A DNA stretch of 32,000 nucleotides from Methanococcus maripaludis (GTDB lineage: Archaea; AGJL01; Methanococci; Methanococcales; Methanococcaceae), in NCBI RefSeq assembly GCF_002945325.1, contig NZ_CP026606.1, forward strand, positions 1,350,001 to 1,382,000. Direction: 5' to 3'. Shown piece after piece: positions 10,724-19,923 of this stretch (positions within the stretch are counted from its first letter, which is position 1; each line of letters opens with the position of its first letter). Position numbers and translations under genes: made by a program. The notes below the pieces were generated by a model, which was not told the origin of the DNA, did no database searches, and saw nothing but the letters and a program-made list of their open reading frames with translations.

Positions 10724-11470
10724 ATGGTGGAAACCATGTATGCTATCGGTATCGGTAAAAATCGAGATGAAGTTTTAATTGCTGTTGAAAACTTAAAAAA
10801 AGAAGGAATAAACGTTGAATTGGTTGAAAATCCCGAAGTTTTGATCGATGGATTGATTAATAATCGATACGAGGGTGCAGTTAGGGGTTCACTTTCTTCA
10901 AGCGAATTAATTCCAATTTTAAGGAAAAATATCGGGAAATTTTACAGAGCATCTATTTTAAAAAACCCGTTTACCAATAAAATTTTTATACTCGCTCCAG
11001 TTGGTATAGATGAGATTTCTGAAAGTCCTAAAATAAGATTCAGTGAAAAACTAGATATAATTAAATATTCATCAGAATTTTTAAAATCAATGGAAATGAT
11101 TCCAAAAGTTGGAATTTTATCTACAGGAAGGCTTTCAGATATTGGAAGGAGCAAAAAAATAGACGATTCCATAATTGAAGCTGAAAATCTTTTAAAACAT
11201 GTTAAATCTTTAGATATTTTTGAAAATTTAGAAATTGAACACAAAGGAATTTTAATTGAAGAATACTTAAAAGAAGGATGCAATATAATTCTTTCAGATG
11301 ACGGAATTTCTGGAAATCTTTTATTTAGGGCATTTGCGCTTGTTTGTGATATGGAAGGTTTTGGAGCTATTATTTTAAATAGTGAAAATATTAAGTATAT
11401 AGATACAAGTAGAAGCGGATCTTGGAAAAGATATTACAATGCGGTTAAATTTTTAAAAGAAGGTTTTTAA
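10724..11470 (+). CDS. mtxX: MtxX / methanogenesis marker protein 4 family (phosphotransacetylase-like fold)
   Basis: AIGIGKNRDEVLIA..., YEGAVRGSLSSSELIPILR, ILAPVGIDE, GILSTGRLSDIGRSKKID. Confidence 0.75.
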   Translation: MVETMYAIGIGKNRDEVLIAVENLKKEGINVELVENPEVLIDGLINNRYEGAVRGSLSSSELIPILRKNIGKFYRASILKNPFTNKIFILAPVGIDEISESPKIRFSEKLDIIKYSSEFLKSMEMIPKVGILSTGRLSDIGRSKKIDDSIIEAENLLKHVKSLDIFENLEIEHKGILIEEYLKEGCNIILSDDGISGNLLFRAFALVCDMEGFGAIILNSENIKYIDTSRSGSWKRYYNAVKFLKEGF

Positions 11471-11486
11471 AAACTTTGGTGGTATT

Positions 11487-12281
11487 TTGCCGTTATTTAA
11501 ATGTTATGAATATTTGAGCAAGTTTGGGGCACTAAAACTCTACGAACGGGAATTAGAATCAAAAATTTCCAAATTTCCCCCTCCAAAACACGTTGGAATT
11601 ATAATGGATGGTAACCGAAGGCTTGCAAAAAAATTGGGCGAAAATCCCGAAATTGGTCATAATTTGGGTGCTTCAAAGGTTCACGAAGTTATAAACTGGT
11701 GCGTCTCATTGAAAATACCAACTATTACACTTTATGCATTTTCTTTGGAGAATTTTGAGCGGCCAGAAAAAGAAGTAAAAGTTTTGATGGACCTTTTTGA
11801 AAGAGAATTTATTGAAATTGCAGATCACCCTGATGTTCATAAAGATAAAATTCGTGTAAGCGTTATTGGAAGAAGAGAAATGCTTCCCAAGTATGTTCAA
11901 AAAGCAATTAATTATGCAGAAGATAAAACAAAAAATTATTCAAATTATTTTGTCAACTTTGCAATCGCATACGGGGGACAGCAGGAAATAATTGACAGTG
12001 TTAAAAAAATTGCAAAACATGTAAAAAACGGTGAAATAGAAATTGAAGATATAAATATTGACTTAATTTCTAAAAATTTATACACGGGGGACCTTCCCTC
12101 ACCAAATCCTGATTTAATTATTCGAACGTCAGGTGAAGAGAGAATAAGTAATTTTTTAACATGGCAGTCCTGTTATTCAGAACTATATTTTTGTGAAACA
12201 TACTGGCCGACATTTAGAAAAGTTGACTTACTGAGGTCCATTCGGGAATATCAAAAACGCGAACGAAGATATGGGAAGTGA
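11487..12281 (+). CDS. uppS: cis-prenyltransferase (undecaprenyl-type polyprenyl diphosphate synthase)
   Basis: PKHVGIIMDGNRRLAKKLG, LYAFSLENFERPEKEV, PDLIIRTSGEERISNFLTWQSCYSELYFCETYWP. TTG start is preceded by GGTGGT. Confidence 0.95.
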   Translation: MPLFKCYEYLSKFGALKLYERELESKISKFPPPKHVGIIMDGNRRLAKKLGENPEIGHNLGASKVHEVINWCVSLKIPTITLYAFSLENFERPEKEVKVLMDLFEREFIEIADHPDVHKDKIRVSVIGRREMLPKYVQKAINYAEDKTKNYSNYFVNFAIAYGGQQEIIDSVKKIAKHVKNGEIEIEDINIDLISKNLYTGDLPSPNPDLIIRTSGEERISNFLTWQSCYSELYFCETYWPTFRKVDLLRSIREYQKRERRYGK

Positions 12282-12284
12282 ATC

Positions 12285-12752
12285 ATGAGATATTTGTTTA
12301 TTTTATTAATTTCTTTAATCCTCGTTTTTAGTGGATGTATCAATGAGAATATTATCTCCGAATCAGACGAAACTTTATTTTTAAATAATACTTCATCCGA
12401 AAATCCGAATATTGAAGTAGAATTAAATAATAATTTTGAATCAGACAATAGTTCCGAAATTGAATTACTATCCTTTAAGATATTGGAATTTGGAATATAT
12501 GGGGATTCGTACAAGCATTATGAAAGCAGCATAACTGGGGATAAAACCGTTATCGAAGTTTACATGGGCAAAAAATTAGGTTCTGACAATATTATAGAAA
12601 TTAATTCGATAAATTTAGAAAATGGCGTATTAATCGTTTACGTTGAAGAAATAACGCCTGAAACTGTTTCCGATAGGGCAATTGTTTACCCTTACGAGAT
12701 AGTTGAAGTGAATGGAATTTACAATAAAGTTGAATTTAAAACAATCGAGTAG
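12285..12752 (+). CDS. Small secreted/lipoprotein-like hypothetical protein
   Basis: N-terminal hydrophobic signal MRYLFILLISLILVFSGCIN with lipobox-like FSGC, followed by an Asn/Glu/Ser-rich linker. Confidence 0.6.
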   Translation: MRYLFILLISLILVFSGCINENIISESDETLFLNNTSSENPNIEVELNNNFESDNSSEIELLSFKILEFGIYGDSYKHYESSITGDKTVIEVYMGKKLGSDNIIEINSINLENGVLIVYVEEITPETVSDRAIVYPYEIVEVNGIYNKVEFKTIE

Positions 12753-12761
12753 TGATCAACC

Positions 12762-13562
12762 TTGTTAGAGATAGTATTTCTTGGGGGCGGAGGGGGCCGA
12801 TGGGAGAGTATAACTCAAGTTAAAGGAACCGGGGGCTTTAGAATCCATTCTGAAAATATGAATATGCACGTTGACCCTGGAACCGGGGCTTTGGTTAGAA
12901 TGAATCAGCTCCAGATTAACCCTTGGAAAACTGACGCAATAATTGCCACGCACTGTCACCCTGATCACTACACCGATGCAGAGTGTCTGGTTGAAGCAAT
13001 GACAAAAGGCATGACCAAAAAACAAGGCATTTTGATTGGTAATAATTCTGTTTTAAATGGAAACAGCAGGTTTGAAAAAGGCATTTCAACGTACCACCAA
13101 TCCAGAGTTGGGGAAAGGCATGTTTTAGGACCTTGTGACGAATTAAATATAAAAAACTGGAACATAACTGCAACAAAAACAAAACATAACGATCCTGAAA
13201 CAATAGGATTTAAAATGGAAATTGAAGATGGGATAATTGGTTATACTTCGGATTCGGAATATATTGATTCATTAATTGAAGATTTTGATTCTGTAGATTT
13301 TTTAATTGCAAATGTAATTCGTGTTAAGGGTCAAAAAGTGCCCGGTCACATGTGTTCAAACGATATAATTGAAGTAGTAAATTCGATGAATAAAAAGCCA
13401 AAAATGCTCACGATGTACCACATGGGAATGAAAATGACTGACCCGGATTCTGAAGCAAGATATATTTCAAAAAATGTTGATATTCCAGTAATTCCTGCCA
13501 AAATCGGTTTAAAAGTAATTCTTGAAAATAAAACTTGTAAATTTGATTATATTACCTACTAA
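12762..13562 (+). CDS. MBL-fold metallo-hydrolase
   Basis: Zinc-binding motif ATHCHPDHYTDAE, NVIRVKGQKVPGHM; TTG start preceded by GTGATC. Confidence 0.85.
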   Translation: MLEIVFLGGGGGRWESITQVKGTGGFRIHSENMNMHVDPGTGALVRMNQLQINPWKTDAIIATHCHPDHYTDAECLVEAMTKGMTKKQGILIGNNSVLNGNSRFEKGISTYHQSRVGERHVLGPCDELNIKNWNITATKTKHNDPETIGFKMEIEDGIIGYTSDSEYIDSLIEDFDSVDFLIANVIRVKGQKVPGHMCSNDIIEVVNSMNKKPKMLTMYHMGMKMTDPDSEARYISKNVDIPVIPAKIGLKVILENKTCKFDYITY

Positions 13563-13579
13563 ACTAATTTTTTTCAACA

Positions 13580-13975
13580 TTATTTTAGATAACCCTGAAG
13601 TTCAAAGTGATTGTGCTGTTTTACAAGAATTATTGGAGTTCCAATATCAATTAAGTCTTTTTTTAGTTTTTTATCATTAGTACAGATTATAACATCTTTG
13701 TTTTCGTTAGAATAGTTTAAAATCATTTCATCTGCATATTTTCCGTTTGAATATTCAATAATTTCAAAATTTTTGGCATATTTTAGTGCAATGTTCACAG
13801 AAAGCTTTTCTTTTCCTTTAAATTCCAATTTTAATTTTTCAAGTTCTTTTAAAACGCAATCCATAATATATATTTTGTAACCTCTATCGATGGCAATATT
13901 TAATTCGTATTCAAAATTTATGCCCTGTTTAAATGCATAAATTAAAAAATTGGTGTCTGGAATTACTCTGTACAT
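13580..13975 (-). CDS. PIN-domain protein (Fcf1/VapC-like nuclease fold)
   Basis: PDTNFLIYAFKQGINF...MDCVLKELEKL...KYADEMIL...VIICTNDKKLKKDL: acidic residue pattern of PIN nucleases. Confidence 0.8.
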   Translation of the reverse strand: MYRVIPDTNFLIYAFKQGINFEYELNIAIDRGYKIYIMDCVLKELEKLKLEFKGKEKLSVNIALKYAKNFEIIEYSNGKYADEMILNYSNENKDVIICTNDKKLKKDLIDIGTPIILVKQHNHFELQGYLK

Positions 13976-13984
13976 TTTTTTAAC

Positions 13985-16966
13985 CTATTCTAAAGATATT
14001 TTTGAATTTTCGCCGATTTTTCTAACTTTTACAATGTTATCTGCAATCTGTTCGAGTTCTTGATGGTGTGTAATTATTGCCATCTGGTTTATTGTTTTTA
14101 TGTTTTTGAATATATTTAAAAGATTTTTACGCCTATCTTCATCGAGATACGCTGTTGGTTCATCTAAAATGATACATTCGATATTATTACATACTGCTTT
14201 AGAAATTCCAAGCCTTAATGCAAGAGATACTGCAATCTGCTCCCCCCCACTCAAGGTTTCAACAGGAAGGCCGTCAACTATCAAGCTGTAATCGTCTTTT
14301 AACTGGATATGCGAATATGGAAGTTCAAATTCCTGAAAAATCTGGTTTGTGTGCCTTTGAATTAATGGAATATACTTTTCTCTTAAATACTTCTGAAAAC
14401 CATCTTTTGAAAAGATTTCTCTTTTTATTTTATCGAGATATTCTTTAAATTCTTCAATTTTTCTTCTTTCTTCTTTTTTATTCGACAGATTTTGAATTTT
14501 TTCATTTAAATAAATTATATTCTCATTTTTAAGTTTTAATTCAGAAGTTATTCTCTCTAAAGTTCTTGAAATATCATTAAATTCATTAAATATATTTTCA
14601 TAAACTTTTTTAGCGTTTTCATGCATTTCAGGATTGTAGTTTACGCTCTGAATATTTTTTTCAATTGTTAATCGTGTTTCAAGGAGTTTTTCACAAAAAT
14701 GCTCTTTTTCAGCAATTTTTTGGTTTAAAAACTCATTTAAATTGTTTATTTCAACAGAATATGTTTTTGAATAATTTTTAAGAACTGCCAGACTTTCCAT
14801 ATATTTTTCATAACTTTTTTTACATTCTGATAATTTGTTTTCAAAATCTGATTTTTCAGCTTCCCATTTAACGTAACATTCAACAATTCCAATTTTTGAA
14901 GAAATATCGTTTTGAATATTTTTTAATTCCGTTTTTAGGTTAATTTCTCTTTCTAAATTGTAAATAATGTTTTTTAATTCATCTTTTAAATTTTCAAGGG
15001 ATTTTTTTTCATTTTCAATTTTTGAAGAATCGTAATCTCCAATAATTTTTGAAAGTTCCAATTTTTTATTTAAAATTTCAGATTCTTCATTTTTAGTTAA
15101 AAATTGGGCAGAATAATTGTAATTTTTATAATCTTTTTCCAAATCTTTTAATTTATTTTCAATTAAACTTATTTCGTCATTCAGTGAAGAATATTCGTTA
15201 ATTTTTCCAATTAATTCGTTTAATTTTTCAGTAGTTTCGATTATCGATTCTTCAACTTTTAAAGAATAATTCTTTTTTTCTTTTAATTCCCCGTATTTTA
15301 ATTTGAAAGAATCAATTTCATTTAATTTAACTTTGATATGCTCTTTTTTGTTTAATATGATTTCAAGCTGTTTTTTAAGACTTTCAGTTGATAATTTTTC
15401 ATTTTCAATTTCAGAATTATATTTTTCAAGTAATTCCTGCTTTTTTTCTTCACTTATTTTGGACTGACACACATGACACGAATCTTTGGTTTTTTCAAGC
15501 TCTGCTTTAGAATTTTTAGTTTCTGAAATTTTACTTTCTTTTTTCAAAACGATTTCATTTAATTTATCTATTTTTTCAGATAAATCTTCATATTTTTCTT
15601 TAAATTCAATTTCTAGATTTATTTTTTCTTCTATTTTTTTTAAATCAGTTAATTCAGAAATTAATTTTGTTTTTTCATCAGTTTCGTTTTGAAATTTTTT
15701 TTCAAGGTCATTTTTTTCTTTTAAAAGATTTTCATAACTATTTTTTTTAGTTTTTAGTTCTTCAAAAGTTTTAATCGAGTCATCGTAAATTTTAACACTA
15801 TCAAAAAGAGTTTCCACTGTTTTTTTGTGGATTTTTATTTCATAAATCTGTTTTTCAATAAATTCTAATTCCTTAATTTTTTCTTTTATTTTATCCAAAA
15901 TTAGAATTTTTTCTTCATTTTCTTTTAAATTTTCTTTCAATTCATCAGGATTTTTTTTATTATCTTTTAAAGATTCTTCTAAGTTATTTAATTCTTTTAT
16001 TAACGATTCTTCAATTGTTTTTAGTTTATTATATGATTCATAGTTGGATTTGTGGTTTATTAACTTATTCTTCAATTCTTTAATGTTTAATTCAAGTTCT
16101 AAATATTTTTTGTAATTTTCTTCATTTTTAGATATGTTTTTTGATTCTTCAACAACTAAACTTAGTGAATTTTTGAAATTTTGAATTTCTAAATTTATAT
16201 TTTTAATTTCTGAAATAACATCCTTTAAATTTTCTTTTAACCGGTTATTTTCAGCAAATTTTTCTTCCATATGGGTTAATTCTGAATTTTTTTCAAGTTT
16301 TAGTTTTTCTAAATTTCCATATTTTTTTAATATTTCTTCTTTTAAAATTTCAGATTCAGAAACTTCAATTTTTAATTTTTCAAGATTTTCCAAAATTTCA
16401 GGTTCCTGAGTTAGCTCCCCTTCAAGTTTCAAAAGCGTTTCTTCATAGCTCTTTTTTACAATATTCATTTTTTCAGAGGCTTTTTCATATTTTTCAATTC
16501 CAAGAAGCTTTCCAATAACCTCTTTTCTATCTCTTGGAGTCATCTGGATTAAATTTGCAATTTCGCCCTGTTTTATATATATTGCATTTGAAAATACGCT
16601 GTTATCAATTTCTAATATTTCTTCCATTTTTTTGTTGATTTCAGATGCAGATTCCGCATTTAATTTTCCGTTAACGTATAATTTGTCATCTGTTTTATTT
16701 TGAAACCTTTTTCTTTTTACAAGATATGTATTTCCCATCATTTCAAATTCTAATTCTACAGAAAAAGATGCAGAGCCCTGTTGCATTAAATTTTCAATCC
16801 TAAAATTGTTTCCACGCGGAGCAAAAAGTGCAAAATTCATTGCTTGAAAAATTGACGACTTTCCACTTCCATTTTGCCCAATTATTGAAGTTATTCCTTT
16901 GTTAAAATTTATCGAGGTGTTTCTGTGGCTTCTGAAGTTTTCCATTTTGATATTTTTAATAATCAT
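13985..16966 (-). CDS. rad50: DNA double-strand break repair ATPase Rad50
   Basis: MIIKNIKMENFRSHRNTSINFNKGITSIIGQNGSGKSSIFQ (Walker A), zinc hook CHVC, ETLSGGEQIAVSLALRLG signature, CIILDEPTAYLDEDRR Walker B. Internal ATG at 16966 preferred over 17005. Confidence 0.96.
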   Translation of the reverse strand: MIIKNIKMENFRSHRNTSINFNKGITSIIGQNGSGKSSIFQAMNFALFAPRGNNFRIENLMQQGSASFSVELEFEMMGNTYLVKRKRFQNKTDDKLYVNGKLNAESASEINKKMEEILEIDNSVFSNAIYIKQGEIANLIQMTPRDRKEVIGKLLGIEKYEKASEKMNIVKKSYEETLLKLEGELTQEPEILENLEKLKIEVSESEILKEEILKKYGNLEKLKLEKNSELTHMEEKFAENNRLKENLKDVISEIKNINLEIQNFKNSLSLVVEESKNISKNEENYKKYLELELNIKELKNKLINHKSNYESYNKLKTIEESLIKELNNLEESLKDNKKNPDELKENLKENEEKILILDKIKEKIKELEFIEKQIYEIKIHKKTVETLFDSVKIYDDSIKTFEELKTKKNSYENLLKEKNDLEKKFQNETDEKTKLISELTDLKKIEEKINLEIEFKEKYEDLSEKIDKLNEIVLKKESKISETKNSKAELEKTKDSCHVCQSKISEEKKQELLEKYNSEIENEKLSTESLKKQLEIILNKKEHIKVKLNEIDSFKLKYGELKEKKNYSLKVEESIIETTEKLNELIGKINEYSSLNDEISLIENKLKDLEKDYKNYNYSAQFLTKNEESEILNKKLELSKIIGDYDSSKIENEKKSLENLKDELKNIIYNLEREINLKTELKNIQNDISSKIGIVECYVKWEAEKSDFENKLSECKKSYEKYMESLAVLKNYSKTYSVEINNLNEFLNQKIAEKEHFCEKLLETRLTIEKNIQSVNYNPEMHENAKKVYENIFNEFNDISRTLERITSELKLKNENIIYLNEKIQNLSNKKEERRKIEEFKEYLDKIKREIFSKDGFQKYLREKYIPLIQRHTNQIFQEFELPYSHIQLKDDYSLIVDGLPVETLSGGEQIAVSLALRLGISKAVCNNIECIILDEPTAYLDEDRRKNLLNIFKNIKTINQMAIITHHQELEQIADNIVKVRKIGENSKISLE

Positions 16967-16979
16967 TAACTGCGCCCCC

Positions 16980-18098
16980 TTAGTAATTACCTTTAAAATA
17001 GTCATTTACGTAAAGCAATGAATCTTCATCGTTTTCTAAAAGCTTTTTATAGAGTCCATAAACGAAATTTACATCCATTTCTTTATTTTTAATATATTCC
17101 TGGAAAATTTCTTCAATGCTGCTTTCATTAATGATTAAAGATTCTTCAAGGTTTTCATCAATCCTGCTTATTCGTTTGTAGAGTGTTAAATCGGCAATTT
17201 CATCGTTAAATGAATTAAATAAATTTTCAACGATATCACAGTATAAAACTGGCTTTTTCTTTTCATTCTGCAAACTTTGGAGTTCTTTAATTGTTTTTTC
17301 GTAATCATTTTCATTCTTAATTTTTTTATCGATCAAGAAATTTCTGCATTCAACGTCGATCTTTTGAATTGAATTAATATCAAAATCCCCGCTTAAATCC
17401 CCTAAATAAAATCCTTTTCCATTTTTTTTGTAATCTTTAACTTCACTAACAGACATGATATCCGTTGACCCGGCATAAGAAAATACTGAATTTCCATCAT
17501 TGATTGGTTTTAATGCTCTTTGATGAATGTGGCCTCCTGCAATATAGTTAAAATCATCTGGAAAGTCGGTAACTTGCATTTCAAAGCTTTGCGGGATAAA
17601 TGGGTTCACGCTCTGGTGAAATAAAAGTATCTTTTTTTTGTAATTTTTAGAATCAGAATTGATTTTTTCCAAGTCTTCGTAAGTTTTTGGAATTTTGTTT
17701 TGGGATACGTATTCAATTCCCCCAATGAAGACTTCGTTGTTAAAAACATGGGACTTATTTTTTCCAAAAGTTAGTAAACTGTTTCCAAGTATTTTTTTCA
17801 AAAGTCCAAACGGTTTTCCTTTCTGTTGGCTTTTTGGAATGTCGTGATTTCCATGGATTAAATAAATTGGTATATTTTTTTCCTTTAATTTTAATAATCC
17901 TTCCATTGCACACCTTATTGCATTTACTGGAGGCTGCGGGCTTTCAAATAAGTCGCCACTATGAATTACAAAATCAGGGCGTATCTCAATAATTTTATCG
18001 ATACATTCTAAAAATGATTCGTAAATATCGTTTTCCCGCTCGTCAAGGCTGTACTGGCGGTATCCGAGGTGATTATCCGCCATGTGAACAAATTGCAT
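16980..18098 (-). CDS. mre11: DNA double-strand break repair nuclease Mre11
   Basis: MADNHLGYRQYSLDERENDIYE, VIHSGDLFESPQPP, IYLIHGNHDIPK, YIAGGHIHQR; adjacent to rad50. Confidence 0.95.
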   Translation of the reverse strand: MQFVHMADNHLGYRQYSLDERENDIYESFLECIDKIIEIRPDFVIHSGDLFESPQPPVNAIRCAMEGLLKLKEKNIPIYLIHGNHDIPKSQQKGKPFGLLKKILGNSLLTFGKNKSHVFNNEVFIGGIEYVSQNKIPKTYEDLEKINSDSKNYKKKILLFHQSVNPFIPQSFEMQVTDFPDDFNYIAGGHIHQRALKPINDGNSVFSYAGSTDIMSVSEVKDYKKNGKGFYLGDLSGDFDINSIQKIDVECRNFLIDKKIKNENDYEKTIKELQSLQNEKKKPVLYCDIVENLFNSFNDEIADLTLYKRISRIDENLEESLIINESSIEEIFQEYIKNKEMDVNFVYGLYKKLLENDEDSLLYVNDYFKGNY

Positions 18099-18191
18099 AA
18101 TATCGCTCCAAAATTACTTAAGTTAACATTCAACCGTATTTGTTAAATATTTTTTTATATTATTGTACCATCAATCATTTTAAAATAAAAT

Positions 18192-18995
18192 GTGAAACCC
18201 ATGAAACAGGAACCCCTAGAACTCGGACTGAAAATTGAAGATGCGATTTTGGTAAATGAAAAGTTGAAAGATTTTGTCGTGTATAAATCTGGAAAACCAA
18301 GAATTGATTTTAAGAATAAAGAAGCAATGAAAGAATATAATATTGCAATATTGGACCATGTTTTTGGATTAAATATGGATTTTCATGAAGATGCACTCAT
18401 TCCGACACCCATTAACAGGTACTTATTTATAAAAAATATTTTTGATGAAAAAGATGACATTAAAGATGTTCTCGAGATTGGAACGGGTTCTGGAATCATC
18501 TCAATATTGATTGCAAAATATTTTGAGTGTAATGTCACTGCAACAGACACGGTTTCTGATTATTTAAAAATTGCAGAAGGAAATATTTCAAAAAATAATC
18601 TTACTTCAAAAATAAATTTGATAGATTCAAAGGGAAAAATAATTTTTGATATTCCAGAATTAAAAAACAAAAAATTTGATTTAATAATATCCTACCCTCC
18701 ATACTATGCAGATAATTCAGTTGCATCAAAAAGAAGTTTTGGCGGAGCTTTTGCAAGCGAAGTTGAATTAATCGGTGGCGGGGCTTATGGGGAAGTATTT
18801 TCTCAAAAGATAATCGAAGAAGGAATGGATCATTTAAATAATGGTGGAATCGTTGCAATAATGTTTCCAGAAAAGCCTTTCGAGCGAAGAAAACTTGTCG
18901 AAGATAAAATTTTGGAACTCGGACTAAAACTTGAAAAATCAGAAATAACGACTGGAAAAAGAATCAGGCATATTATAAAAGCTAAAAAAGAATAA
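18192..18995 (+). CDS. RlmF/METTL16-like class I SAM-dependent methyltransferase
   Basis: DALIPTPINRYLFIKNI, VLEIGTGSGIISILIAK, FDLIISYPPYY (NPPY/F-like), KPFERRKLVEDKI. Confidence 0.8.
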   Translation: MKPMKQEPLELGLKIEDAILVNEKLKDFVVYKSGKPRIDFKNKEAMKEYNIAILDHVFGLNMDFHEDALIPTPINRYLFIKNIFDEKDDIKDVLEIGTGSGIISILIAKYFECNVTATDTVSDYLKIAEGNISKNNLTSKINLIDSKGKIIFDIPELKNKKFDLIISYPPYYADNSVASKRSFGGAFASEVELIGGGAYGEVFSQKIIEEGMDHLNNGGIVAIMFPEKPFERRKLVEDKILELGLKLEKSEITTGKRIRHIIKAKKE

Positions 18996-19012
18996 TATGC
19001 ATATAATTTATT

Positions 19013-19207
19013 TTATAATATCGTATACCCAAGTATTTCTATTTTTGAAAGAATTTCAAAAGATCTATCTTCAATTCTTGGTTTGATTGCCCCATATTTT
19101 TTTAAAAGTATTTCTTTTGCCTCAAATGGATTTTCAGCTTCAATATTTTCTGTTTTTATAATATCCTCATCGCCAGTGAAAAAAAGCTTTATTTTGTAAC
19201 TTTTCAT
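19013..19207 (-). CDS. Small conserved hypothetical protein
   Basis: 64 aa ORF with plausible composition, convergent to the methyltransferase gene; no domain recognised. Confidence 0.5.
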   Translation of the reverse strand: MKSYKIKLFFTGDEDIIKTENIEAENPFEAKEILLKKYGAIKPRIEDRSFEILSKIEILGYTIL

Positions 19208-19334
19208 GAATTCCCCCTCAAAAAACTCAATAATAAATTTGTGTTTTAAACGGGTTAAAGTAATTTTTGTTTGATCAAATCAAATTTCAAAAAAAGTATT
19301 TTTGGAATATTTCTTAATTTTTAAATTTGTTAAG

Positions 19335-19829
19335 TTATTCGTTTATTTTTTCAAGAACCAGTTTTACTGCACCGTCAAGGGATGCTTTAACTTCTTCAGT
19401 CAATCCAACTTCGATATCAGGCATTGTTACCCTCTTTGCTTGACATCCGATAACTGTTACATCGATTCCAGATTCTTTCGCTTTTATTAAGTAGTCTGAA
19501 AGAGGCATATCATGTGCATCAAAGGTGTATTTGTCTATTTTTGTGAGATCTTCAGTTGATAATATTTTTAGGGTTCCAGGGGGGAGCTGAAAATCAATAA
19601 TGTCGACAATAATAATTTTTTTAGTATTGCACTCTTCATCCATTATTGACATTAAATAATAAGGTGCTCCAGTTCCTGCATCAATTAGTCCAACGTTTTT
19701 AGGAAGCTCCATCTTTTCAAGCTTTGAAATTACTTCGTATCCAAAACCATCATCTGCGAATATCAAATTTCCGCAACCAAAAACTAAAATCTCGTATTTT
19801 AAAGAATCGGGGATCATATCTATCACCAA
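19335..19829 (-). CDS. frhD: Coenzyme F420-reducing [NiFe]-hydrogenase maturation protease (FrhD/HycI-like)
   Basis: ILVFGCGNLIFADDGFGYEVISKLE, GLIDAGTGAPYYL, SAHDMPLSDYL-like (AHDMPLSDYLIKA), VIGCQAKRV: hydrogenase protease family. Confidence 0.88.
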   Translation of the reverse strand: MVIDMIPDSLKYEILVFGCGNLIFADDGFGYEVISKLEKMELPKNVGLIDAGTGAPYYLMSIMDEECNTKKIIIVDIIDFQLPPGTLKILSTEDLTKIDKYTFDAHDMPLSDYLIKAKESGIDVTVIGCQAKRVTMPDIEVGLTEEVKASLDGAVKLVLEKINE

Positions 19830-19923
19830 AAAATCAGTTCAAAATTTATTTATCCTTTTATATCTAAGTGCATATATAATCTAGGTATATTATTTTATAG
19901 GAATCGGTTATAAGGGTAAGAAA

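Noticed and set aside
12765-13203. Overlapping minus-strand ORFs of 65-95 aa opposite the MBL-fold hydrolase gene
   Set aside because: They are antisense shadows of a well-supported coding gene; translations are low-complexity, Phe/Ser/Leu-rich and resemble no family.
13580-13975. VapBC toxin-antitoxin system
   Set aside because: The PIN protein has no adjacent small antitoxin ORF; the neighbour is rad50, so a TA module is not supported.
14100-15692. Plus-strand ORFs inside rad50 (14100-14291, 14218-14448, 15486-15692)
   Set aside because: They are opposite-strand ORFs within a strongly supported Rad50 CDS with Ser/Phe/Leu-rich artefactual translations.
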